Below are positions 19,511 through 28,089 of a DNA stretch of 64,000 nucleotides, piece by piece. Below the pieces are notes generated by a model that did no database searches, was not told the origin of the DNA, and saw only the letters and a program-made list of their open reading frames with translations. Where the stretch lies: NCBI GenBank assembly GCA_963802675.1, contig CAWDJL010000005.1:361193-425192 (forward strand), given 5' to 3'. Each line of letters begins with the position of its first letter. The stretch's first letter is position 1. The translations under genes and the position numbers were made by a program. Source of the stretch: an uncultured Acidobacteriota bacterium. Lineage in GTDB: Bacteria > Acidobacteriota > Vicinamibacteria > Vicinamibacterales > UBA2999.

Positions 19511-22500
19511 TTACTTCAGACGAAGCCGATGACGCGCAAGCGCTGCGCTTTGGCGCTTCGCCCGATCGGCGATTCGGCTGTTCTCAGGCTCGTCCTTGGG
19601 GCGGCCCAGGTGCTGGGCCAGCTCTCTGATGGTCGAAAACTGAAACATCGTGACGATCGACAGATCTTGCTGCATGACGTCTCGGAGATCCCGGTGAACT
19701 TGAATCATGAGCAGCGATTGTCCGCCGAGATCAAAGAAGTTCTCGTCGGCGCCGATGTCGTCCAGGCCAAACGCCCGTTTCCAGATCGCAGCAATCTGAG
19801 TCTCCAGTCCAGGTCTCGGCGGCGAAGGGTGTTGTTTGCGGAGCCGCGCGGTCTTAGCTGACACTCGCATAGCGCGCGGCGCCGAGAGTCGCGCCATGAC
19901 GTCTGCGACCGTCAGAGAAGGCGTCGATAAGCCCTTCAGAGCCTCGGTCAGATCACGCAGGATCATCTGAAGGCTCGGCTGATCGTACGTACCATCCCTG
20001 GCAATGATGGTCACGCGGAGTTGTTCGCCCGGGACCGCCAGAATCGTCAACGGATAGTTGGTCTGCACCGGCGCGTTGAGCTCGCACACGTCGAGCTGGC
20101 TTCCAAAGCGGCGCAGAGCGTCAGCCGCGGTGTAGCCCTGCAGGACCAGGAGACTGTCGAAGAGACGCCCCGTTGTCGAACGCGCTGCCAAGCCGAGGAT
20201 TGTCGCAAGGGGCGTGAACTGATGCTTTGTCAGCTCGAATTGAAACTCTTGAACGGCCTGTCCCGCCGCAACAGCCGTGACCGAAGGGTCGACCGTAACA
20301 CGGACCGGGAGGTTGTTCACAAACGGTCCGACGATGCGTTCGACGCCGGGAAGTTCGGTCGGCCGCCCCGAGAATGCGACACCAAAGGTGACATCCCGCT
20401 TTCCGGAGTGCCGTGACAGAACCAAGGCCCAGGCGAGTTGAACGAATGTGTTCAGCGAAACGCGCCCACGACGGGTGAGATCCATCAGGGCGCTGGTGTC
20501 GCCCACGTCAAGCGCGTCGCTGACCTCGGCGCGCCCGTCCGCCCGTGCTGGGGACGCGGACAGGGCGGCAGGCAGCGGGGTTGGCTCGGTCACCCCGGTC
20601 AGCGTGCGCCGCCAGAACTCGTCTGACTCGTAGGTCGGCTGGTCGGCCAGCCACCTGACGTAGTCCGAGTACCGCGTTGGCGGGGAAGGATTTGTCCCGG
20701 TGTTGCCGGTCGTCAGCCCTTGGTACGCCGCCCCCACATCGGCGAATACCAGCGGGCAGGACCATCCATCGATGATGAGATGGTGGAAGGTCCAGAGCAG
20801 ATACGATTCCGTGTCGCTCGCACGGAAGACCGCAATCCTCATGAGCGGTGCGCGATCGAGACGAATAGGTCGGTGCCGGTCGCGTTCGGCAAACGCATCC
20901 AGTGCAGCACGCCGGGTGAGGTCGTCGAGGTGACGCCAATCCTCGTAGTGCCACTCCAGGCTGGCCTCCGGCAATACGACCTGCCTGGGCTGCGCCAGCC
21001 CTTCGACGGCGAAGGCGGTTCTGAAAATGGAATGGCTCTGCACCGTTTGGTGCCAGGCGCGTCTGAACAGCGCTTCGTCGAGCGCACCACGCAGGGTGAG
21101 CCGCCATTGGTCCATGCCCACAGAGGACCCGGCCGATACAGCCGCCAGGAACAAATCCTGAATCGGTGAGAGCGCACACACCTCCTCGACGGCTCGGCCG
21201 GATGCAATCTGATCGATCGCCGGTGGCTGCGCGGTGGATACCACGAGTCCCGGCGAGACTTCCGTAAGCGCGATCGCCTTGCGCAGTGCCGCTTGATAGA
21301 GCTCAATCAAGCGAGCGACTGACTCCCCGCGGTAAGCCGTTCGGGGATACATCCAGTCCAGCCGCAAACGACCGCCCACGACGCGAGCAATGATCTCGAA
21401 AAGATGGCTGCGCTTGCCGCGCGGCCCGTGCAACGGACCAAAGTCAACGTTGTCGTGAATCTCGAAGAGCGTGTCCGGGGAGCTTGCGCGGTCGAACTGG
21501 CCGAGATAGTTGAACATGACGTCCGGCGAGGGAGATTCCGCCAGTTTCGAGCGGCAGGCTTGATCGGGACTCAGGTAGCGCAGGAGGCCATAGCCGATGC
21601 CGCGGCTGGGGATGCGCCGCAACGCCGCGCGAGCGGCCAGGAGCGCGTCGCGACTATCGCTGATGTCGCCCTGAAGCCGGACCGGAAATATGGTCGTGAA
21701 CCATCCAATGGTGCGCGAGAGATCGAGGTCATCGAACAACGCTTCGCGTCCGTGTCCTTCCAAATCCACGAGTAGCGTTGCGTGCCCGCTCCATTGGTAG
21801 AACGCCTGGGCAAGCGCCGCCAGCAGGACGTCGTTGATCTGCGTCTGGAGGACCCGTGGAAGATCCTGCAGCAGGCGTTGAGTCTCCTCAGGTGTCAGAA
21901 GTGACGGTGTGATCTCGAGGTCCGACTCGCGCCCTTCGTGACGCTGCGACGGGTGGTCGACGGGGAGCGGCGGCACAGCCGGATCGAAAACGGACGCCCA
22001 GTAATCACGCTGGCTGGCTAGTTCTGCGGATTGTGCGTACGAGCGCAGCCGGCGTGCCCAGCGTGCATACGTTGTGGATGCAGCTGGCAGCCGGATCGCG
22101 AGCCCTTGGGCCAGGTGTCGATAGGCGGTTTCGAGATCGCCGACAAGGATTCGGAGCGAGACGCCATCGATCACGAGATGGTGGACCACGATCAGGATTT
22201 GACTGAGGGACGCGCCTAGCCGAAACAGCACGACGCGGATCAGCGGGCCCGAAGAGAGATTGAGCGACGCGTGCGTCCGCGCAGCATGTTCCCGCATCGC
22301 TTCCTGTTGCCGGATCTGCGAGAGCCCGGTCAGGTCCACGGTTTCCACCAGCTGCGGAGGCGGCGACGGGTCAAGACGCTGCTGCCACCCAGATTCCGCG
22401 GGCGCAAAGCGAAAGCGTAGCGCAGCATGATGCGGCATCACCGCGACCAACGCCTGCTGGAGCAGACCAGGATCGATTGGCCGGGCCGCTCGAGCCGAAA

Positions 22501-25500
22501 TCTCCATGTTCCAGTGCTCGGGCGCCGGCAGGCTCTTCTCGAAGAACCATTCCTGAATCGGCGTCAGCGAAACGCCATGGTCAGACGGGTCATCGGCCTC
22601 GACGTCGGGGGCTGTGGCGACGCGAGACGTTAACGCGCGAGCGAGCTCTGACACCGTGGGATGCTGAAACAAATCTCGCATACCCAGGCGGATACCCGAT
22701 TGCGCGGCACGGGACATCACCTGGATCGCGATAATCGAATCGCCGCCCATCTCGAAAAAGTTGTCATGGACACCGACCGAGCTGACGCGAAGCTGCTCTG
22801 CCCAGATGGCGGCCAGCCTCGCCTCGAGCTCGGCGTGAGGCGACTCGCCATCGACCACGGGATGGGCAGTGGCTTCTTGGCTTGGATCAAGGAACTCGAG
22901 AATTCGACGAGTGGTCGTGAGATCTGTGGCGATGCGCTGATACACGGATGAATCAGCGGGCCGGCGCCCGACATCGCCAGGGGGTGGCAGCGAGCGCTCG
23001 CCCGGTTCCGGTTCCTCTGATGGCGCCCAGCTGGCGGGTTTCAATGGCAGATCGCAGGCGGCCGCCGTCTCCAGCACAAACACGGTGGTCCCGGGTTCAC
23101 CGTCTCGTTTCTCGGCTTCGAGGGCCTCGGCAAATGCGAGTGCCGGCGTATTGCGGGCGGTGCGGCGAAACGGCAGCTCAACGTACGCGAGCTGCTCGGT
23201 CGCCGCCAATCGCCCAATGTGTTTGATGACCTCTCGTTCCACTCCTTTTCCCAAGACGCGGCAACTCAAGAGAAGCGTATCGACGACGAGCGCCCGGCGC
23301 GCCCGGTCGACGCGTGTGATCACCGCGCCAACGAGTCCGTAATCCCCAAAACGATCGCGCACATCCACCACTTCGATGACGGCTCCGTCAGTGGCCAACG
23401 CGCGCAGCTCGGCCTCGGATCGTCGAAAGGTCGTGAAGTTGAACTGGTTGGTGCGCTCGGTCATCTGCGCCGTTCGCGGCAACTGCTGCGGCGTCATCGG
23501 CGCGATTGTGATCTGAAGATCCAGCGTCTCCAGAAACGCCTCGAGGCTCATCCCGCTGTGCTGAAGCTGGCGACGGGCCACCTCTTGCTTGTACATCGCA
23601 CTGCGGCGCTTGTCTTCCTCGGTCTTTCGCCCTTGATCGAGCCGCCACAAGTGCTGCGTAAAGCCGGCCGCCTGGCGGTCATTGGTGGGCCACTGCAGCG
23701 TGACGACCTCAGGCGTCCGGTTCCGAACCTCTGCGCACTCGACCGGGTTGTCGTCGATGAATACAAAGCTGTCCAATCCGAGGTTCAACTCGCCGGCCAG
23801 ATCCTGCAGGTTCTGAGACTTGGGCTGCCAGTTGATTCGCGACGCCAGCACGTGCTCACGCTTCAGGATCATGTCCGGATGCGTGTCGAAGACGGCCCAG
23901 ACATCGGCCGGCTCGTTCTTGCTACACAGACCGATCAGCACGCCGGCGTCGTGTTGCGCGACCAGGTATCGCTGCAGCGCCGCATGTGGGCCGTCGATCG
24001 TCACGCCCCCAGCCCCGTCTTCCGCGCAGACGCCAGCCCACAAGGTATTGTCGCAGTCGACGCTGACGACCTTGGCAGGAATCCTCAGGCGGGCATGGGC
24101 CGCGCGCGCGACCAGCGTCGCGAGCAGCGCGTTTCCGGACGCCGTATATGGCATGTGCCCGAGCTCGTCGCCGCGAGCGTCGTAATAATCCGGGCACTCG
24201 TAGGTCGCGAGCGACTCGAGCCCTGATATCACCGGGATCCCGACCGAGGCGAGCCGTTCCCTGAGAGTCGCTTCGTTTCGCGCGATCACCGCAATCGACT
24301 CCGGATCGGCCGTCATGAAGGAAGACGGCGGACACGTGATCACGACTGAGGGTGACGCGGTGCGCGGAACGGCGGCGAGCACGGCATCGGCAAAATCACC
24401 GGCGTTGCGGTCGATCTGTTCGAACCGAGTTCGTCGGGCCGCGATATCGGCCGCACGATAGGCAGGGCGGGTGGCGAACAGGTTCCAGACGCCCGTGCTT
24501 CGCAGATCCTGCTCTTCTTCCACCACGACATCGAAGCCGTGCCGCTCGAGTAGCGCGACTGAAGCTGGGATCGCATCACCCCGGTCGTGAATCTCCATCA
24601 CGACCTGCTGAACCTTGCTCCAGTCGTCGTCGTCGATGCCGGCGATGAGCGCCAGCTCGCTCTTTTCGACGTCGATCTTGAGAAGGTCGATCGTCCCGAG
24701 GGCTTCGCTGCGGAGCACGTCGCTCAGGCGGCAAACCGGACGCACCAGCCGTTCTCGAGCGAGCCTTTGAGCTACGAGATGAGCGGACAGCTCCGTCGCT
24801 ACCTTCTGGTCAACCGCCAGCCCGCCGTCGCGTGCTAGGGACGTTTGAATGGCGTCGCGAAGGAACGCCGCGTCCTCGGTGTCGTCGGCCTCGAAGCCCG
24901 AGACGACCGAGAAGTTTTGATAGTAGGTGAAGGCGGCCTCGCCGTTTCGGTCGGCCAGACCGCACTCGAAGACTTTGAGATCGAGATCATGGAGCACGGC
25001 GTTGGCCCGCAGAAGGTTGGCGACGGTCGGGCTCGGTTCGAACGCGAGGATGCGCGGGCGTCGGCAGGCGAGTGACGCGAAGAGCGAGAACATCCCGATG
25101 TTCGCGCCGGCGTCGACGATTATCGCGCCGTCCTTCAGCGTCACGCCGTGCCGCAGATAGGCTCGGTTGACGAACAACTCTCGATACAGGTGCTCGGTCT
25201 CGTCACGATTCAGGTGAGCGACTTCGAGGCCGTTCGGGAGCCGGTACCGCGGCAGCTCGCGAGTGGCAGCGGGAGCAATTTCAGCGGAGGAGTGAGCGAC
25301 TCGATGGTTTCCCCGCATCCAGTCCTCGAAGCGCACCAGCAGCACGTTGAGCCCCTGATTGCGCGCCAGCAGCGTCTGTCCGTCGAGCAACTGCTGGAAC
25401 ACCTGGTTGTAGGGCGCAAACGTGACCTCCGCATCCAGGCCCAGCGTCGCCAACCAGGAGGTGAGGACCGGTGCTAGGGGTTCAGCGGTGAACGTGGCTG

Positions 25501-25546
25501 CTATGGCGAGCGTCGAGCGCGTTTGCATGCGAACCGAGTCTTCCAC
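19511..25546 (-). CDS. NRPS-type loading/condensation megaprotein: FkbH N-lobe / FkbM methyltransferase / FkbH HAD-IIIC core - T - E - C - T (no A domain)
   Basis: aa 1-80: LAIAATFTAEPL..APYNQVFQQLL..LLVRFEDW. aa ~100-345: IVDAGANIGMFSLF..ILAFEPSP..IDLLKIDVEKSE (FkbM). aa ~490-800: VVSVDCDNTLW..GLCSKN..FIDDNP..RFGDYGLVG..LSCRVLG (FkbH). T1: DNFFEMGGDSIIAIQ. E: all seven core motifs (LTPIQEWFF, HHLVIDGVS, NDVLLAAL, EGHGRE, RTIGWFTTIFPV, PSRGIGYG, FNYLGQ). C: ALSPIQDLF, FHHLIIDGWS. T2: ENFFDLGGQSLLM. Confidence 0.9.
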   Translation of the reverse strand: MEDSVRMQTRSTLAIAATFTAEPLAPVLTSWLATLGLDAEVTFAPYNQVFQQLLDGQTLLARNQGLNVLLVRFEDWMRGNHRVAHSSAEIAPAATRELPRYRLPNGLEVAHLNRDETEHLYRELFVNRAYLRHGVTLKDGAIIVDAGANIGMFSLFASLACRRPRILAFEPSPTVANLLRANAVLHDLDLKVFECGLADRNGEAAFTYYQNFSVVSGFEADDTEDAAFLRDAIQTSLARDGGLAVDQKVATELSAHLVAQRLARERLVRPVCRLSDVLRSEALGTIDLLKIDVEKSELALIAGIDDDDWSKVQQVVMEIHDRGDAIPASVALLERHGFDVVVEEEQDLRSTGVWNLFATRPAYRAADIAARRTRFEQIDRNAGDFADAVLAAVPRTASPSVVITCPPSSFMTADPESIAVIARNEATLRERLASVGIPVISGLESLATYECPDYYDARGDELGHMPYTASGNALLATLVARAAHARLRIPAKVVSVDCDNTLWAGVCAEDGAGGVTIDGPHAALQRYLVAQHDAGVLIGLCSKNEPADVWAVFDTHPDMILKREHVLASRINWQPKSQNLQDLAGELNLGLDSFVFIDDNPVECAEVRNRTPEVVTLQWPTNDRQAAGFTQHLWRLDQGRKTEEDKRRSAMYKQEVARRQLQHSGMSLEAFLETLDLQITIAPMTPQQLPRTAQMTERTNQFNFTTFRRSEAELRALATDGAVIEVVDVRDRFGDYGLVGAVITRVDRARRALVVDTLLLSCRVLGKGVEREVIKHIGRLAATEQLAYVELPFRRTARNTPALAFAEALEAEKRDGEPGTTVFVLETAAACDLPLKPASWAPSEEPEPGERSLPPPGDVGRRPADSSVYQRIATDLTTTRRILEFLDPSQEATAHPVVDGESPHAELEARLAAIWAEQLRVSSVGVHDNFFEMGGDSIIAIQVMSRAAQSGIRLGMRDLFQHPTVSELARALTSRVATAPDVEADDPSDHGVSLTPIQEWFFEKSLPAPEHWNMEISARAARPIDPGLLQQALVAVMPHHAALRFRFAPAESGWQQRLDPSPPPQLVETVDLTGLSQIRQQEAMREHAARTHASLNLSSGPLIRVVLFRLGASLSQILIVVHHLVIDGVSLRILVGDLETAYRHLAQGLAIRLPAASTTYARWARRLRSYAQSAELASQRDYWASVFDPAVPPLPVDHPSQRHEGRESDLEITPSLLTPEETQRLLQDLPRVLQTQINDVLLAALAQAFYQWSGHATLLVDLEGHGREALFDDLDLSRTIGWFTTIFPVRLQGDISDSRDALLAARAALRRIPSRGIGYGLLRYLSPDQACRSKLAESPSPDVMFNYLGQFDRASSPDTLFEIHDNVDFGPLHGPRGKRSHLFEIIARVVGGRLRLDWMYPRTAYRGESVARLIELYQAALRKAIALTEVSPGLVVSTAQPPAIDQIASGRAVEEVCALSPIQDLFLAAVSAGSSVGMDQWRLTLRGALDEALFRRAWHQTVQSHSIFRTAFAVEGLAQPRQVVLPEASLEWHYEDWRHLDDLTRRAALDAFAERDRHRPIRLDRAPLMRIAVFRASDTESYLLWTFHHLIIDGWSCPLVFADVGAAYQGLTTGNTGTNPSPPTRYSDYVRWLADQPTYESDEFWRRTLTGVTEPTPLPAALSASPARADGRAEVSDALDVGDTSALMDLTRRGRVSLNTFVQLAWALVLSRHSGKRDVTFGVAFSGRPTELPGVERIVGPFVNNLPVRVTVDPSVTAVAAGQAVQEFQFELTKHQFTPLATILGLAARSTTGRLFDSLLVLQGYTAADALRRFGSQLDVCELNAPVQTNYPLTILAVPGEQLRVTIIARDGTYDQPSLQMILRDLTEALKGLSTPSLTVADVMARLSAPRAMRVSAKTARLRKQHPSPPRPGLETQIAAIWKRAFGLDDIGADENFFDLGGQSLLMIQVHRDLRDVMQQDLSIVTMFQFSTIRELAQHLGRPKDEPENSRIADRAKRQSAALARHRLRLK

Positions 25547-26187
25547 CGATCATAACCACCGACAACCGCCCTCGATAAGTCCACAGGACGTCATGCGTGA
25601 TTGTCCCATGGTTGAGCAAAACGATGGCCAAGCCGCGTTTGCGGTCCCGCGCGCGCCCATGCGTGGCCCACGATGCGGAAAATGTTGCGATTTCCGGTGC
25701 TCTCGAGGGCGCGGCCCCCGGCGCGAAGCGATGGGTCTTACTTTTGCAAACCGGGCGGACGCCATGCCGTAGACGGTTGAATGTTGAAGCCAGTGGTTGG
25801 CGCATTCGTGACTTTTATCTGCCGCACGGCCGACAATCGCGCTCCCCAGGCCCCCGGGCACGTGGGCTGCGCATATCGTCGGTCATCCGTTGCTTCGAGG
25901 CGTGCCACGGCCGTTTATCGACAGGTCGAACGTCTGCCTGAAAAGATCGTCGCGCCTGTGTCGCGCGCCAAGGCTGCGCCGGAACGTGTGCGTCTGTGCA
26001 GGCGAGCAGCATTTAGCGCAAGTTGCTTCTGGGCAGACCCGGAATGCCGTCTACTAACGCCACGTTCGGCGGCTCTCTTGCACTATCCGCTGTGCCAGTC
26101 GTCGGGTGTCAAAATGTCGAATGATGCGTGCACGTCCGTCGTCAAGTACACTCGAAGACACCGTCTCTGACCAGCAAAGGCTTACGA
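25547..26187. promoter_or_regulatory. 640-bp divergent non-coding region between the two biosynthetic operons (presumed bidirectional promoter/leader region)
   Basis: No protein-like ORF appears in any frame; all ORFs here are R/A/P-rich. The region is flanked by divergent start codons at 25546 (-) and ~26188 (+). No promoter motifs could be assigned by eye. Confidence 0.3.
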
Positions 26188-28089
26188 GTGAGCACGACCT
26201 CCGAATCCCTCGTCGAGGGTATCGCCATCATTGGCGCCGTGGGGCGTTTCCCCGGCGCGTCAGACCTCGGTCAGTTCTGGGCCAATCTCACGGCCGGGGT
26301 CGAATCCGTCAGCGTGTTGACCGACGCGCAGCTGACGGAGTCGGGGTTCGACCCGCAGCAGCTCCGCGCCGATCCTCGGTATGTTCCGGTCCGCGGCATC
26401 ATCGAGCGCGCCGAGTGGTTCGATGCCGCCTTCTTTGCGTTCACGCCGCGCGAAGCCCAGCTCACCGATCCGCAGCACCGCCTTTTTCTCGAAGCCGCAT
26501 GGGAAGCGCTTGAAAGCGCCGGCTGTGATCCCTCGCGCAGCAAGGGTGCGATCGGCGTGTTCGCGGGTTGCGGTAACAATACGTGGGCGCGTCGATACTT
26601 CGCGCGAGACCTCGACGATCTCGAGTCGGGGGAGTGGCTGGAGTCGGCGATCGGCAACGAGAAGGACTACGTCGCCACCCGTGTCGCCTACAAGCTCAAT
26701 CTGCGTGGCCCCGCCGTCAATGTCAACACCGCCTGTTCGACCTCACTCGTCGCAGTGTGCCAGGCGTGTCAGGCGCTGTGGACCTACCAATGCGATGTCG
26801 CGCTCGCCGGCGGCGTGAACGTGAGCTTCCCACAGGGCCGTGGCTACTACCACGACGATGAGGGCATCTCGTCGCCGGATGGCCACACCCGCGCGTTTGA
26901 CGTCGATGCGCGCGGCACCGTGTTCAGCAACGGCCTGGGCGTCGTGGTGCTCAAACGGCTCGGCGAGGCGCTCGAAGACGGCGACGAAATCCTTGCCGTC
27001 ATTCGAGGCGCGGCCATCAACAACGACGGCTCTGGGAAGGCAAGCTTTACGGCGCCGAGCGCCGACGGGCAAGCGGACGTCGTAGCGCTGGCGCAGGCGA
27101 TGGCCGGCGTATCACCGGACAGCGTGTCGTATGTCGAGACCCACGGCACGGCCACGCCGATTGGCGACGTGATTGAGCTGGCCGGGCTCACGAAGGCGTT
27201 TCGACTGGGAACGGCGAGGACGCAGTTCTGCGCCATCGGCTCGGTCAAGTCCAACATCGGTCACGTCGAGCACGCCGCTGGCGTGGCGGGCCTGATCAAG
27301 ACCGCGTTGGCGCTGCAGCATCGACAGATTCCCCCAAGCCTCCACTACACGCAGCCGAACCCGAAACTGCAGGTGTCGTCGAGTCCGTTCTTCGTCAACC
27401 ATTCGCTGCGCGAATGGAGCAATGTCGACTCGCCGCGTCGCGCCGGGGTCAGTTCCTTTGGCGTCGGCGGGACGAATGCCCATGTGGTTCTCGAGGAGGC
27501 GCCTCCTCGTCCGCCTTCGGGTCCGTCTCACCCCTGGCATCTGCTGCCGCTGTCGGCGAAAACCGGAGCCGCGCTGGATGGGGCATCGTCGGCGCTGGCC
27601 GACTTTCTGAGAAGTCATCCCGAAACGCAGCTTGCCGACGTTGCTTTCACGTTGCAGCGAGGACGATCGTCGTTCGACTTTCGTCGTGCGGTGGTTGCGA
27701 GATGTCCGAAGGAAGCCAGCGCAATCCTGAGTGGTGAGGTGCCGGGAAAGAGCATCGGGCCCGAACGCGCAGGCGATCGCGAGGTCATTTTCATGTTCCC
27801 CGGCGGCGGCGCGCAGTATTGCGGTGCCGCGCGAGGTTTGTATTCGCAGCTCCCCGAATTCAAACAGCAGGTTGACGCCTGCCTGGGCGCTATGGATGCG
27901 CGAATCGCCGCGGCAGTGAGCCGACTGATGCTGGTCGCGCCTGAAGAGGTCACCGTCACCGACCGCGAGCTCGCCGAACGTCCATCAGTCGGCCTGCCGA
28001 TGCTGTTCGCGATCGAGTTTGCCACGGCCCAGGTACTGGCTTGCGCGGGGCGTGAAGCCAGCTGCGCTCATCGGGCACAGCCTGGGTGA
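26188..28089 (+). CDS. Hybrid PKS-NRPS, fragment 1: KS plus N-terminal part of AT (frame lost inside the AT domain)
   Basis: IAIIGAVGRFPGA, DPQHRLFLE, VNTACSTSLVAV (Cys ~26734), ETHGTATPIGD, SNIGHVEHAAG = KS. VIFMFPGGGAQY..LFAIEFATAQVLA = AT start. Likely GTG start at 26188 (AAAGG 8 nt upstream); the ORF track starts at 26128. The listed frame ends 13 codons after a G4 run at 28047-28050. Confidence 0.9.
   Translation: MSTTSESLVEGIAIIGAVGRFPGASDLGQFWANLTAGVESVSVLTDAQLTESGFDPQQLRADPRYVPVRGIIERAEWFDAAFFAFTPREAQLTDPQHRLFLEAAWEALESAGCDPSRSKGAIGVFAGCGNNTWARRYFARDLDDLESGEWLESAIGNEKDYVATRVAYKLNLRGPAVNVNTACSTSLVAVCQACQALWTYQCDVALAGGVNVSFPQGRGYYHDDEGISSPDGHTRAFDVDARGTVFSNGLGVVVLKRLGEALEDGDEILAVIRGAAINNDGSGKASFTAPSADGQADVVALAQAMAGVSPDSVSYVETHGTATPIGDVIELAGLTKAFRLGTARTQFCAIGSVKSNIGHVEHAAGVAGLIKTALALQHRQIPPSLHYTQPNPKLQVSSSPFFVNHSLREWSNVDSPRRAGVSSFGVGGTNAHVVLEEAPPRPPSGPSHPWHLLPLSAKTGAALDGASSALADFLRSHPETQLADVAFTLQRGRSSFDFRRAVVARCPKEASAILSGEVPGKSIGPERAGDREVIFMFPGGGAQYCGAARGLYSQLPEFKQQVDACLGAMDARIAAAVSRLMLVAPEEVTVTDRELAERPSVGLPMLFAIEFATAQVLACAGREASCAHRAQPG

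Noticed and set aside
19511-25546. FkbH domain as part of a methoxymalonyl-ACP extender-unit pathway
   Set aside because: No FkbI/FkbK-type acyl-ACP/hydroxyacyl dehydrogenase genes and no discrete FkbJ-like ACP lie in the window. The FkbH is fused in cis to NRPS carrier/E/C domains, which fits a glycerate starter better.
25547-26187. Small ORFs in the divergent region (e.g. 25597..25941, 25781..26170) as MbtH-like or regulatory proteins
   Set aside because: The translations are R/A/P-rich and lack the Trp-rich MbtH signature or any HTH pattern. No ribosome-binding context is evident.
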